Source of the DNA: a virus
Reading direction: 5' to 3' (one strand)
Virus record (IMG/VR): IMGVR_UViG_3300048839_000489
Span: 1 to 64,000 of that record
Length of the DNA stretch: 64,000 nt
Program-made: the position numbers and the translations under genes
Shown: piece after piece, positions 51,169 to 61,237 of the stretch
Layout of the letters: every line of letters begins with the position of its first letter
Numbering within the stretch: position 1 is the stretch's first letter
The notes under the pieces: generated by a model
Seen by the model: the letters and a program-made list of their open reading frames with translations, nothing else
Databases searched by the model: none
What the model was told of the DNA's origin: nothing

Positions 51169-52365
51169 TTACGGCATTGATCCGCTGTAGATAATGCACT
51201 GTGAGTCCAAGCTCTTGAAGTTGAATGTCTGTGAAGCATTGCTGTTGACATTGCTTGTGTAGCTATCACCAACGATAGTGATTGTTGGGATGTACACAGT
51301 CTTAAGAACTGCGTATGGTGTCTCGACGTCGCAAGGATCTGTTAACTCAATCTTCAATGAAAGAGCCAAATCTTCACAGCCTTCACCAGGGCTCCACTCT
51401 ACGCCAGCTCCTGAACCGATAACACCAGTTGTAAGAAGCTGAATAAGCTCTGTATCGGTGTCAAGTACAGTGATTGTACCTTCTACGGTAGGAACTTGTC
51501 TCTGGTAGCCAACAACGTTTCTTGAACCAAGCTCTTTTACAGCCTGAACGTTCATGCTTCCGTTGATGCTTACAGACTGAACTCTCATCAAGTTGTTAGC
51601 ACCGATAGCTACTGAAACATCTCTGCCTCTAATAGCCACTGGAAGTGCGTCGTCACTGATGTCAGACCAGTTATCACCTGATGGGTTAGCGTGGTAAACT
51701 ACCAATACTTGTGCAGTTCTGCTGTCACCAGTAGTCAAGGTAGTTCCAACGATTCTGTACTCACCGGTTGAAGGTGCTCCAGTAACCTCTGTTAGATAAC
51801 CTCCATCGAGGATAACAGAAATACCGTAGTTACCATTCTTCAGCTGAATAGGAGTCTGTGATAGAGTAAATGAAGTTGTGCCGGTCGTGAATTTATCAAC
51901 AATAACGTCATACTTCAAATAACGTCTTTCAGATCCGATAGCGGTGTAGTCTTCTGTAGAATCGCCGTCAACCGAGTAGTTGAAGGTGAAGTCTCTAACT
52001 TGAAGTCTTCTACCGCTGATTGATTTAGCGTAATCAGCTGCTTCCGCGTCTTTGATATACAACACTGCATCGATCTCTCCAAGCTCAGAGATATCAACAC
52101 CCTGAGAAGGATAGCTCGCTGGGTTTGTTCCAGTAAGAGCAGCGAAGATTTTTATGCCTACATCAAAAGCACTGAATGTAAGTGTGATTTCAGAAATATC
52201 TTTGGTCTCACCTACATGCTGAGGATTACCCAACTCGTCTTTAGTCTCAGATGGCTGAGTTGACGATAAGGTTAAACTCTGCACTCTTGAGGCAGCAAAC
52301 CCATCTCTTGGGCCTACTATCTTAAGTTGCAAGTCCTTGGAAGGGACTGCTAAACGTTTAGTCAT
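51169..52365 (-). CDS. major tail protein
   Basis: 398 aa, the last gene before the chaperone pair. No separate tube/sheath pair is present, which suggests a non-contractile tail. Confidence 0.6.
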   Translation of the reverse strand: MTKRLAVPSKDLQLKIVGPRDGFAASRVQSLTLSSTQPSETKDELGNPQHVGETKDISEITLTFSAFDVGIKIFAALTGTNPASYPSQGVDISELGEIDAVLYIKDAEAADYAKSISGRRLQVRDFTFNYSVDGDSTEDYTAIGSERRYLKYDVIVDKFTTGTTSFTLSQTPIQLKNGNYGISVILDGGYLTEVTGAPSTGEYRIVGTTLTTGDSRTAQVLVVYHANPSGDNWSDISDDALPVAIRGRDVSVAIGANNLMRVQSVSINGSMNVQAVKELGSRNVVGYQRQVPTVEGTITVLDTDTELIQLLTTGVIGSGAGVEWSPGEGCEDLALSLKIELTDPCDVETPYAVLKTVYIPTITIVGDSYTSNVNSNASQTFNFKSLDSQCIIYSGSMP

Positions 52366-52368
52366 TAT

Positions 52369-52827
52369 TTAGACCTCCATTAATACGTCGTTTTGAGCTG
52401 CAAATTCTATTGAAGCTCTGTAATAAAGTAATCCATGCGAATCAGAGGCCGGTGCTACTGGATCGTAAGATTTGGATAGCACCTGTAGAACCCCTATTTT
52501 TGTAGGAGTCACCGATGGTGGAAAACCTTCATTATAATTATACACCGAAATGCCGTTCTTGAGTTCATTTAGTAGTCTGTAGCCGAACTCGTCTCTCTGA
52601 GATTTGTTCTTGGCATATATATCTATATACCAACGTCTAACTCTTAGACCGCTTCTGTTTCCGAGTTCATACTCTTTTACTCTTATCTTACCGGCTTCAA
52701 CGGCTATTGTCGGGAGTGTCATATCTTCCAAAGGAAACCCATCGACTACCTTTATAAAGGGAGCGTCTGAAAATTTGTCCTCAACAAAATATAAAACACT
52801 TAAATCTTCAAGTCTTTCTAAATACAT
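52369..52827 (-). CDS. tail terminator / head-tail joining protein (by position)
   Basis: 152 aa, immediately upstream of the major tail gene. Confidence 0.45.
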   Translation of the reverse strand: MYLERLEDLSVLYFVEDKFSDAPFIKVVDGFPLEDMTLPTIAVEAGKIRVKEYELGNRSGLRVRRWYIDIYAKNKSQRDEFGYRLLNELKNGISVYNYNEGFPPSVTPTKIGVLQVLSKSYDPVAPASDSHGLLYYRASIEFAAQNDVLMEV

Positions 52828-52837
52828 TTACACTCCT

Positions 52838-53833
52838 CTAAAAGTCCATAGATGCTAGCTTGCTTACAGTAACTCTCTTACCGCCGACTGAAACTCTCGA
52901 GCTTCCGAGTCTGTCTTGATTTCTGTATTGCTCTATAGCAGCTACTATTCTTTCTACATCTCTAGTTGTAACTGAAACCCCTAGTCTGGAAGATAATGAC
53001 TTAGCACGCTGAATATTACCATACTCTCTATTAAGAGAGTCTACAATCGATTCAGCGTCTTTTATCTTTTGAGTAAGATCTCTTGTGCGGTTAAGTAGAG
53101 TATCTCTAAGATTCTTATTTCTTGTTCTTTTTTCGAGGAACTCGGATCTAAATCTTTGATAAAGAGCTCTTTCAGCTTTTTCTACAAACTTGGTTCCTCT
53201 AGTTCTAGGAAATGGAGTACCACCTATGTCAGATGACATGGAGGTTCTAGCTGTCCCATAGTTCAGAAGAGACCAAAACGGAGCCGCCGTATCCATATTT
53301 TTAACCCTAAGATTAATCGTTTTTGAATACAACTCCGTACCGTATACCTTTGTTTTCCAGTATTTAGATGCCGCTGCTGGATCTCTAGTATCTTTAACTT
53401 TGAGAGCTTCTCTAGCTGCTTCGACAGCCTCGGCATAGTCATTAATATTTCCAGCTATCGAGTCCATATCGATCTTCACCGATATATTACTAGACCAGCC
53501 AACCCCATTATAGATGATCTCTATAGCGTCGGCAATGTCGTCAGAAATGCTCATTAATGCTGTTCTAAAAGCCGGATGAGAGTATTCGCTCTCTGAAGTC
53601 GCTATTTGAATGCTCTCTTTAAGAATATCATCTGCCTCCGCTAGCATAATATTTACGCTGCTTGAGATGGCAGTTAGAGCGTGCTGAGAGTTTCTAGCCT
53701 CCGATAGTTCTTTCTTGGACTCTTCCAAGGCTTTTCTACCTGAAGAAAGAGCCTTCTCCAACTTATTTATGTTGGAGATTGTGGCATCTGTGACTTGCGA
53801 TAACTCAAAAAGCGCGTCTAATGGATCTTTCAT
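52838..53833 (-). CDS. structural protein, unknown role
   Basis: 331 aa with a coiled-coil N-terminus. Confidence 0.5.
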   Translation of the reverse strand: MKDPLDALFELSQVTDATISNINKLEKALSSGRKALEESKKELSEARNSQHALTAISSSVNIMLAEADDILKESIQIATSESEYSHPAFRTALMSISDDIADAIEIIYNGVGWSSNISVKIDMDSIAGNINDYAEAVEAAREALKVKDTRDPAAASKYWKTKVYGTELYSKTINLRVKNMDTAAPFWSLLNYGTARTSMSSDIGGTPFPRTRGTKFVEKAERALYQRFRSEFLEKRTRNKNLRDTLLNRTRDLTQKIKDAESIVDSLNREYGNIQRAKSLSSRLGVSVTTRDVERIVAAIEQYRNQDRLGSSRVSVGGKRVTVSKLASMDF

Positions 53834-54066
53834 TATGACCTTATCATGAACTCAACGTCACCAAAAATGTCTCTCATTATAGACCTGGTATAACCACTGA
53901 TTTCATCTAAAATAAACTTTCTAAGGAGCTTATACTCCTCCGTGTCTTTAGGCACATGATTTTCTAGTTCTTGAAGAAGCTTTGCCTGGAGCTTCTTATT
54001 TTTTCTTCCGACGTTTCTTATAACGTCAATAAGATCTACTTCCTGAATTGCCTTAACCTGTGTCAT
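53833..54066 (-). CDS. hypothetical protein
   Basis: 77-aa ORF overlapping its neighbours. Confidence 0.5.
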   Translation of the reverse strand: MTQVKAIQEVDLIDVIRNVGRKNKKLQAKLLQELENHVPKDTEEYKLLRKFILDEISGYTRSIMRDIFGDVEFMIRS

Positions 54067-54505
54067 CCTTTTTATACCTTTCCTTAAAGTCTAGGACTAT
54101 CCTGTTAGGACTTGGTACTCCTAAAATAGTTACTTTCTCTATATCGGAGACTCTTCCATCGACTATAATATGATCAGAGGCCTCTATCCACTCTAAGTAC
54201 GGCCCTGAATACATTACCTTTACTTTTCCATCACCAACAAAAGTCATTCCACCTGTAACCCAGTTCTCTTGTTCGGAGAACTTCCAAGTCACGTGTCCGA
54301 CGATTCCGCTTGGGACTTCAGTAAGTATCCAATACTCGCCTGAGCAAGTTGGACAGAAAGAGTCGGTAGAGGTGTCTGTTTTAGGATCAAGCCCACAAGT
54401 TGGGCAGCCTGACTTAGTTACATTAACAAATGTAACTTCTCTTCCTATGGTATTTATGATGTTCTCTATGGTTTGTCTTGTATTGGATGGAAAAGTTATA
54501 TGCAT
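54053..54505 (-). CDS. zinc-ribbon structural-module protein
   Basis: ATG at 54505, 1 nt after the upstream stop; CPTCG ... CPTCSG. Confidence 0.55.
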   Translation of the reverse strand: MHITFPSNTRQTIENIINTIGREVTFVNVTKSGCPTCGLDPKTDTSTDSFCPTCSGEYWILTEVPSGIVGHVTWKFSEQENWVTGGMTFVGDGKVKVMYSGPYLEWIEASDHIIVDGRVSDIEKVTILGVPSPNRIVLDFKERYKKDDTG

Positions 54506-54506
54506 T

Positions 54507-55697
54507 TTATTGTAAAACTTCCTCGAAAAGTTTAGACCATTTCTTTGATATCTCGTCCCAAGAATAAAACTGGTCTGAAAACTTCTTGATACTCTCATCT
54601 GACAACTTAGAAACTAATTCCTTGTTATCGTATAGAGCTTGCATTTTGTCTGCTAGTGATACTGGGGAAACCAGTTTTCCTACAGTCATTGAGTTATCGA
54701 AAGTGAAATTCAATGTGGTAGGAACTAGAACACCGCAGTCGTAGAAGATTTCTGAACAGGCGCTGTGATCTGGAACTATTTGTGGAGCTCCAGTCATGGC
54801 ATGCTCAATAGATGTGAGCCCCCACCCCTCGCCCATGGAAGTATTTAGTCCAACATCAGATGCGTTATAGATATCATTGAGCATATCATCAGATACCCTC
54901 TGAACACCTGTTGACATATTAGTTAAAACTAGTTTGCTTTCGATATCAAATCTTTTAGCCATTCTAGCTATGTCAATGTGGGAATCTACAATTCCACAGT
55001 GCATATGGATAAGAACATCGTCCTTACCCTCTGCAAATAATTTAAAGCCCTCTAAAGTAACATCCAGTCTCTTTCTGGGCTGATTTCTGTTTGCATTTAA
55101 GAACATGAAGCTGTCTGGATTTCTACTGTTTCCGAACAAATGTACCTTAGCGTCTCTCCTGCTGGAGAACTTCTTATAGAACATTTTCTGGTTAACACCG
55201 TGCGGAATAATATCCAAATCAAGATCCGGAGCACAATCGGCGTGATTGACTACAGCCTTTCCGAATTTTGTGTAAGTAACCGCTTTAGATACGATGTCGA
55301 AGTTTGAATACCAACTGCTATCATGATACTCTGAGTCTACAGGGAAGTACACCACTATTTTAGGAAGTGGTTTCTTTACTTCTTTCTTAATAAATTTTAG
55401 ATATTCATTGATAATCCAAGCATCATTAAGTAAATAAAGAATATCAAACTCCGCATTATTCAATAACTCAACTAAACGATTTTCTCCAAAAATTCTGCCA
55501 CCAGACGCTGCTGGGAAAATTGGGAATGTATAGTTATGCGGATCTCCTCTGTAGTTTATTCCAAGACCCACTACGTCATACTTATTGAGAAACTCTTCAT
55601 TAAGAATGCTGTGTGAAACTCTTGCAAATCCTGTTGGGGTAACTAAATCTGAAACCCACAACACCTTTTTCTTTCCTGAATCCTTTTTTACTGCCAT
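54507..55697 (-). CDS. GT-B (GT4-like) glycosyltransferase
   Basis: GEGWGLTSIEHAMTGAPQIVPDHSACSEIF matches the E-x7-E region of group 1 glycosyltransferases. Confidence 0.75.
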   Translation of the reverse strand: MAVKKDSGKKKVLWVSDLVTPTGFARVSHSILNEEFLNKYDVVGLGINYRGDPHNYTFPIFPAASGGRIFGENRLVELLNNAEFDILYLLNDAWIINEYLKFIKKEVKKPLPKIVVYFPVDSEYHDSSWYSNFDIVSKAVTYTKFGKAVVNHADCAPDLDLDIIPHGVNQKMFYKKFSSRRDAKVHLFGNSRNPDSFMFLNANRNQPRKRLDVTLEGFKLFAEGKDDVLIHMHCGIVDSHIDIARMAKRFDIESKLVLTNMSTGVQRVSDDMLNDIYNASDVGLNTSMGEGWGLTSIEHAMTGAPQIVPDHSACSEIFYDCGVLVPTTLNFTFDNSMTVGKLVSPVSLADKMQALYDNKELVSKLSDESIKKFSDQFYSWDEISKKWSKLFEEVLQ

Positions 55698-55713
55698 TGT
55701 GTAAAATCCTTTC

Positions 55714-56202
55714 TTATTCCTCTGTAGATGGATGCGCTATTCTAAGTGGAGTAGCCAATCTCTTTGTTGGGGGAAGTACATACATTTGCAGTTCTTCCCA
55801 GTCCATCTTATATCCAAACTCTTTAGCTCTACTTCCTTCTATGGTAGATACTGCAATTTCAGCATCTTTCCAGCTACCTACATTCCATGAGTTAGCTTCC
55901 AATTGACCTGACTTTACTAAAATCGAACACATAAGTATAAGAGGTCTTTCGTCTGCGTCCTGAATAACAGGAGGCTCAGCTGTAGTGAAGGTATAAGCTT
56001 CTGTGTTTCTGGATACATTCTTTGTAGTGTCATCTACTATGTATCTTGAACCCCACCACCTCTGCATAGCCTTTACGCCCGTAACTAAAGTAGTTCTTAG
56101 CCAGCTATCCATATATCTATAGGACGCAGAATCGGTATCACCGAGTTGCATTCTTAAAACCGGAAGTAGGTAATCTAAATTTATGGATGTTTCTATTGAC
56201 AT
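55714..56202 (-). CDS. head-tail connector/adaptor (by position)
   Basis: 162 aa, downstream of the capsid genes. Confidence 0.4.
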   Translation of the reverse strand: MSIETSINLDYLLPVLRMQLGDTDSASYRYMDSWLRTTLVTGVKAMQRWWGSRYIVDDTTKNVSRNTEAYTFTTAEPPVIQDADERPLILMCSILVKSGQLEANSWNVGSWKDAEIAVSTIEGSRAKEFGYKMDWEELQMYVLPPTKRLATPLRIAHPSTEE

Positions 56203-56203
56203 T

Positions 56204-56725
56204 TTAAATCTCTGTTTCTAGCTTTGATGGGAATCCCGCAAACTCAGCCGCCTGTACTTCTGACAGTCTAGCTTCGATAGTTGAGATTACCTTCTCTGAC
56301 TTTTCCATTTCCTGCGCTAGATTCTTGATTCTGAATAGTAGTGCTACTGAAACAGTATCATTTACAAGCTTCTGAATGGAAAAGAATGGTTTTGACAAAA
56401 CTTCTTTCAGCTCTTCGTCGCTGAATTCCTCTGGTGTTCTTTCCTTCTCTTCTTCCTTGCGCACAAAAGCAATCACATCACCTGTTTGAAGATGAAGCTT
56501 GTTCTTGGTTCTGAAGAAATAATCCTCTTGCTCATTGAACACGTCTACGATACAGGACTCTTCCTGTTTACGCGGATCTCCATAAAGAATTACACCTTCT
56601 GGGATGTCCTCAAATGGATTCCATACTGTAACATATACTCTACCTAAGATGGTCTTGATATATGATTTAAACGGAGCTCCACCAGCAGACCCCGCCTTGA
56701 AAATTGATTTATCCTTAATGTCCAT
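56204..56725 (-). CDS. hypothetical head-module protein
   Basis: 173 aa. Confidence 0.45.
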   Translation of the reverse strand: MDIKDKSIFKAGSAGGAPFKSYIKTILGRVYVTVWNPFEDIPEGVILYGDPRKQEESCIVDVFNEQEDYFFRTKNKLHLQTGDVIAFVRKEEEKERTPEEFSDEELKEVLSKPFFSIQKLVNDTVSVALLFRIKNLAQEMEKSEKVISTIEARLSEVQAAEFAGFPSKLETEI

Positions 56726-56761
56726 TGTTAACCTTTCATTCCTTTTCTATATTAAATTGAG

Positions 56762-56797
56762 GTGGCGGATAAGAATGTTATCACGCCTATCCGCCAC
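56762..56797 (-). other. stable hairpin just after the capsid gene
   Basis: 10-bp stem GTGGCGGATA/TATCCGCCAC. The T-run is on the plus-strand side only, so terminator function on the minus strand is uncertain. Confidence 0.35.
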
Positions 56798-56825
56798 AAT
56801 AATTTTTTACTACTTTACCTAGCTA

Positions 56826-57737
56826 TTAGGCAACCTTGATAACGTAAATGCCCTGAGCATTGTCTACGATCAAACCGAATTGCTGATACAGTTCCAAGTA
56901 CCACTGAGGTGGTGTTGGCTGCATATCGCTCCACTGTTTGGTCTTTACGTCACCGTAAGTAATAAACTCACCTACGTTGTTACCAACCACGATAACCTTG
57001 TCTGAAGGGATCATTGCGGTGTAATCTTCAGGGTTATTGTACTGTTGTTCAATAGCCATGATAGGAGCACCGTAGTATCTTCCCAACCAACCGGTCTGCA
57101 TGATTTCCTTGATATTCTCAGGAACAGCCTGGGATACTGGGGTTGAGTGCCCGTCAGCCCAACCAGCACCAAAGGTGGTGATAGGGGTAAGAGCAGCTCT
57201 GGTTCCAATAACAGCCTTCACGCCACCAGTGGTTTGATTGATACGGTCAATAGCATTCTTCAATGCGGTTGAGGTCAATGCACCACCTACGTTGGTGAAG
57301 TTGTCTGGAGTGTTGGATGCAGTCCACACGGTGGAAAGTGCAGTAAACACCTTGCCCATGTAGAAGTCACGCAACTTAGCTAGCATCTCTCCACGAATGT
57401 CGTCAAGAGTTCCCAGCTCACCTGATTCAAGTTCCCACTCGTTAGCAGTTACCTTAACGTCAGCGCCGTCGAGAACATAGTTCACACGGTCACTTACGGT
57501 AAGTTCGCTTGCCAAGTGAATGGCTCCTGGAACCAAGGTTCTTACTTGAATGCCCTTGCGAACTTTCTTTACGAGAGCATCGCCTGGCTTCAAGTTTCTA
57601 CTATTCATTAGCAACCCAATGAAATCGGTAGCGATATGTGTTGGTTGTACATACTCTACCAAAAGCTGGGCTACAGCCTCGCGTTTCCCTTCCTTAACTA
57701 GGGACGCGAAAGCTTCCTTTAACTTGTTGTCTTCCAT
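56826..57737 (-). CDS. major capsid protein (HK97-fold type, by position and size)
   Basis: 303 aa, follows the protease/scaffold and a 189-aa gene; strong RBS (GGAGG) and a downstream hairpin. Confidence 0.65.
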   Translation of the reverse strand: MEDNKLKEAFASLVKEGKREAVAQLLVEYVQPTHIATDFIGLLMNSRNLKPGDALVKKVRKGIQVRTLVPGAIHLASELTVSDRVNYVLDGADVKVTANEWELESGELGTLDDIRGEMLAKLRDFYMGKVFTALSTVWTASNTPDNFTNVGGALTSTALKNAIDRINQTTGGVKAVIGTRAALTPITTFGAGWADGHSTPVSQAVPENIKEIMQTGWLGRYYGAPIMAIEQQYNNPEDYTAMIPSDKVIVVGNNVGEFITYGDVKTKQWSDMQPTPPQWYLELYQQFGLIVDNAQGIYVIKVA

Positions 57738-57755
57738 GTTAAATTAAACCTCCGA

Positions 57756-58325
57756 TTACTTAATTCTTACAGTTAGCTTGCCGGTTGCGCTATCATAACG
57801 CTCGGTTACACCTACAACACCAGCGGCCATTGAAGCAGTGTACTTCAATTTACCAGCGTCGGTGGTATCATCAGAAGTGTTAGCCACGATCAAAGCGGCT
57901 CCAGGTACGATGATATTTGAGCTGTAGATATAAGAACCGGAAGGCAGGGTGAAAGTACCATCAGTGTAGGCAAGAGCCGAAGCACCCGATGGGATTGTTA
58001 AACCTTCCTGATTTCCAGGGTGGGTTAGGTACATAGTTGCAGTGAAGGGAGCGTTAGCATTCTCGCTGAAACCACCTCTTTCTGCAAAAGCAAAAGAAGG
58101 ATATGAATCAACAATAGGAGTAGGACGATTGTCCACCTTCCAAGTGATGCAGTAGATAGCTCTCTTAGCCTCTTCAGCAGTAGCAGGAACCTTAGCTCCT
58201 GGAAGATCTGCTAGGCTTCCGAAATCTTCGGAAAAGCTGTGTGATGTTAGTACAACGAAACGTCCTTCAACAGTGTCCGCAGTAAGCACTACACCAAGTA
58301 CGTCGTTAAAACGATTGATTTCCAT
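57756..58325 (-). CDS. head decoration or accessory capsid protein (by position)
   Basis: 189 aa, between the scaffold/protease and the capsid genes. Confidence 0.4.
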   Translation of the reverse strand: MEINRFNDVLGVVLTADTVEGRFVVLTSHSFSEDFGSLADLPGAKVPATAEEAKRAIYCITWKVDNRPTPIVDSYPSFAFAERGGFSENANAPFTATMYLTHPGNQEGLTIPSGASALAYTDGTFTLPSGSYIYSSNIIVPGAALIVANTSDDTTDAGKLKYTASMAAGVVGVTERYDSATGKLTVRIK

Positions 58326-58342
58326 TTAGAAAAACCTCCAAC

Positions 58343-59647
58343 TTATTTAGTTCTTTTTGCTCTTAAAGCCTGAGCAAGTTCGCTGATAGTCAATTTACCG
58401 GACTCTCCGGTGAAGTTAGGAAGACTTCCTCTACTTGATGCAGAAGATGTGTTTCCTTCAGTGCTGGAGAAAGCTACAAGTTCTTGCAACATAAACTCCA
58501 ACCCAGCTCCGTCTAGAGAAAGAAGTTTCTCAGAATTCTCTTCAAAGAAGCTTTCTGGTTTTTCCAACCCAGCTTCCTGGAACTTAGTCTTAATTTCTGA
58601 TAACTTTGATTCCTTCTCTACTTTAGCGTCGATGTCGCTTTTGAACGCTCTTAGACCTTCAACTTCTTCAGTTAGAGAAGCTAGTGATGTCTTAAGAGTA
58701 TTAATCTCTTCGTCCTTAGCGGCAAGATTGCTCTCCGACTCAGATGCGAAAGATGAGTTACTAGATTCAAGCTCAGCAATTCTGCCGTTAGCTGCATCTA
58801 GGCTAGCACTCAATTCCACTACCTTATCTTCAAGTTCTTTAATTTTATCCAATTCAACCTCCAAATTTCTTTCTTCACTAGAAGCAAGCGCCGACTTAAC
58901 CTTATCAATTCTTTGCATAGCTGTTGATTTAAGATCGTCACTTAAGTCTGATGCAGAAATTTCTTGTTCTAAATTATTAAAACGATATGGTGAAATTTTG
59001 CCTTCAGCATCCATGAAGGGAAATAGTCTCTTTCCATCTTCAGTTACCAAAATGAAATTGGCATCTGGAAGATTGGAGACATATTCGTCGCTCCATTTAT
59101 TTGCTGCAATTGCTAATACTGGGGTTCTCCCTGCATAAGCTGGGATACCTACGATAGTAACCGCTCTAAGAGTAGTGTCCAATAGGTCAACAACTCCGCC
59201 GTTAGTGGTTCTATCTCCGTAGAAAATTTCCCACGAAACGTTAACAGGTTTTCCACTTTCAACTCTATCCTTAAGAAGCTGAACATCTTCCGCTCTTTCT
59301 GTAGGCCATAGAGCTGCTAGAGCTACTATTTGATTTCCGTTTCTGGCTAGATTGGTTATCACACCAATAGGTTCGGCATCATCATGCCCGTCATTGATAT
59401 CTCCGACCATCATCTTTATAGGCTTATAAAAGCCGGTCTTGATGAGGTTATCAAATTCACTTTCGGGAATTCTTTCTCCGTTCTTATTGGGCATATCGTC
59501 AGTCAAGATAAACTTCATCCAGCTAACCATAGCATCCTTACTAATAAAGGACGCAACTGACTCGCCAAACTCGCTTATAGCTGACTCTCTACTAACTAAT
59601 TGTACTACATTTTCTAAGTTTGTGTTAAGTTTTTTACCTTTCGCCAT
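58343..59647 (-). CDS. prohead protease / scaffold fusion-like protein
   Basis: 434 aa; globular N-terminal half, then a long coiled-coil (LEVELDKIKELEDKVVELSASLDAANGRIAELE); follows the portal gene. Confidence 0.55.
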   Translation of the reverse strand: MAKGKKLNTNLENVVQLVSRESAISEFGESVASFISKDAMVSWMKFILTDDMPNKNGERIPESEFDNLIKTGFYKPIKMMVGDINDGHDDAEPIGVITNLARNGNQIVALAALWPTERAEDVQLLKDRVESGKPVNVSWEIFYGDRTTNGGVVDLLDTTLRAVTIVGIPAYAGRTPVLAIAANKWSDEYVSNLPDANFILVTEDGKRLFPFMDAEGKISPYRFNNLEQEISASDLSDDLKSTAMQRIDKVKSALASSEERNLEVELDKIKELEDKVVELSASLDAANGRIAELESSNSSFASESESNLAAKDEEINTLKTSLASLTEEVEGLRAFKSDIDAKVEKESKLSEIKTKFQEAGLEKPESFFEENSEKLLSLDGAGLEFMLQELVAFSSTEGNTSSASSRGSLPNFTGESGKLTISELAQALRAKRTK

Positions 59648-59650
59648 TTT

Positions 59651-61237
59651 TTACTCCTCGGCAACCTTGCTTTTTGGCTTAGTTACCTTCGCTTTAGGCT
59701 GATTATTCTGGGTTTCGTCGCCTGTTTCGCCTTCAGAATTGTCTGAACCAGGATCTCCAGATGTATTGTTTGAGTTTCTACTGAATGGCTGAGGGCCAAA
59801 TTCAGGTAGCTTTCTCTTCTTAAGTTCGTTATTTTCAAGTTCAAGCTTATCAAGCTCTTCCAAGAAATCATAACCCATGAACTCTGAAACAGAGGCTCTA
59901 CTTACACCAGAGATGTTGTACAGTTTTTCCAGGCTTCCTACGAACTCTGTGAAGGAGTGTAGATTCAACGGCTTGAATTTTACTGATGGTGCTTTGAAAT
60001 TATTTCTTTCTGCCACAGTTCTGAATATGTCTCTAATGACCTTTATCAGCTTTCTTCTCAAAGACTCGATTGTCTTTATAGGAGAAAGAATAGCAATCTC
60101 TGGGCTTGATGTTCCAGACCTAGAAGATTCGCCTGTAATGAGGATTCTAGGAAAACCTAGAGCAAACAGAATCTCTTCGTTTATATTTGCATACCTATTG
60201 TTATCAGATAGCAGTGAGGAATCTGGGAATACCCAATCAATTTCAACAGTGTGGTTTGTAATAAGCTGGAAGATTCTTTCCAAGTTCTGGTCTGATTGAA
60301 ATCTAAACATCAATTGATTCTTGATGTCAGAAAAGACTTTTGCGTCTTCTTCAGAGTCAGTGATTGGGAATTCGTCCGAACCTACTTTGATATGCATGAT
60401 AGCACTGATGACTTTATCCATAATGGAGTAGTCCATTCTTCTCATTCTTCTTTTGTGTTGAAGTGCTTCCAATGCTGGTTCGATGTAAGAAATCGGGTAT
60501 GGGTTGTTTGTTAGATACTTTCTTCTGAGAATAAGCTTGTTGTCGATCAAGAACTCTTTTTCTCCAGCGTTTATTCTTTTAACAAATTCTGGATAGTAGG
60601 TCTTGAAGTTATCATACAAATCCTTGTCTGTATTTCCGCTAGGATATTTACCCTTACTCTTTATGAAGTAGATAACTTCATCAGGTACTACAACGAAGAA
60701 TGAGGGTGAGTCTGACATCATTGAAGAATAGATTTTGATAGAGTTTGGATCTCTTACCCACATGCTTACTGGTAGAATCAGTCTGTTGTACTTCTTGATT
60801 CCCAGCTCAAAGATTTCGTCCTTATCCATTGGCCCGTATCCAATTTCTGGAACTACCAATCCAGATATAAGAAGCTCTTGTGCCATAGTCTCGGCAAACT
60901 CCATAATCCTTGGTTTTAAGGATGTAAAGACTCTATGCTCGTTATCAGACAATCCAGTCTTAGAAACTATCAAATCATTCATAGCAATCTCTACTAACTT
61001 GTTGATTACGGTAGCCACGACAGGCTCTGTCTTGTAGAAGAATCTGCACAGGTCTACAGTTTTATTGAAAGACTCTTTATCAACAGATAGCTCAAGACTT
61101 ACCTTTGGATCTTTCCATACGTTAGTGCTTGCAGCCAGAGACATGCCAGCTTCTGCCTTATTAAGAAGTCTGCCTATTGGCATTTCTGGGTCTGAGGTTA
61201 TTTCTTTTGTATTTTTTGCCATAATTAGTGTATCCAT
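59651..61237 (-). CDS. portal protein
   Basis: 528 aa; its start overlaps the end of TerL; charged C-terminal tail. Confidence 0.7.
   Translation of the reverse strand: MDTLIMAKNTKEITSDPEMPIGRLLNKAEAGMSLAASTNVWKDPKVSLELSVDKESFNKTVDLCRFFYKTEPVVATVINKLVEIAMNDLIVSKTGLSDNEHRVFTSLKPRIMEFAETMAQELLISGLVVPEIGYGPMDKDEIFELGIKKYNRLILPVSMWVRDPNSIKIYSSMMSDSPSFFVVVPDEVIYFIKSKGKYPSGNTDKDLYDNFKTYYPEFVKRINAGEKEFLIDNKLILRRKYLTNNPYPISYIEPALEALQHKRRMRRMDYSIMDKVISAIMHIKVGSDEFPITDSEEDAKVFSDIKNQLMFRFQSDQNLERIFQLITNHTVEIDWVFPDSSLLSDNNRYANINEEILFALGFPRILITGESSRSGTSSPEIAILSPIKTIESLRRKLIKVIRDIFRTVAERNNFKAPSVKFKPLNLHSFTEFVGSLEKLYNISGVSRASVSEFMGYDFLEELDKLELENNELKKRKLPEFGPQPFSRNSNNTSGDPGSDNSEGETGDETQNNQPKAKVTKPKSKVAEE

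Noticed and set aside
58410-59138. 242-aa plus-strand ORF
   Set aside because: It is antisense to the coiled-coil scaffold region and extremely Ser/Leu-rich. It mirrors the Glu/Lys/Leu codon periodicity of the real gene.
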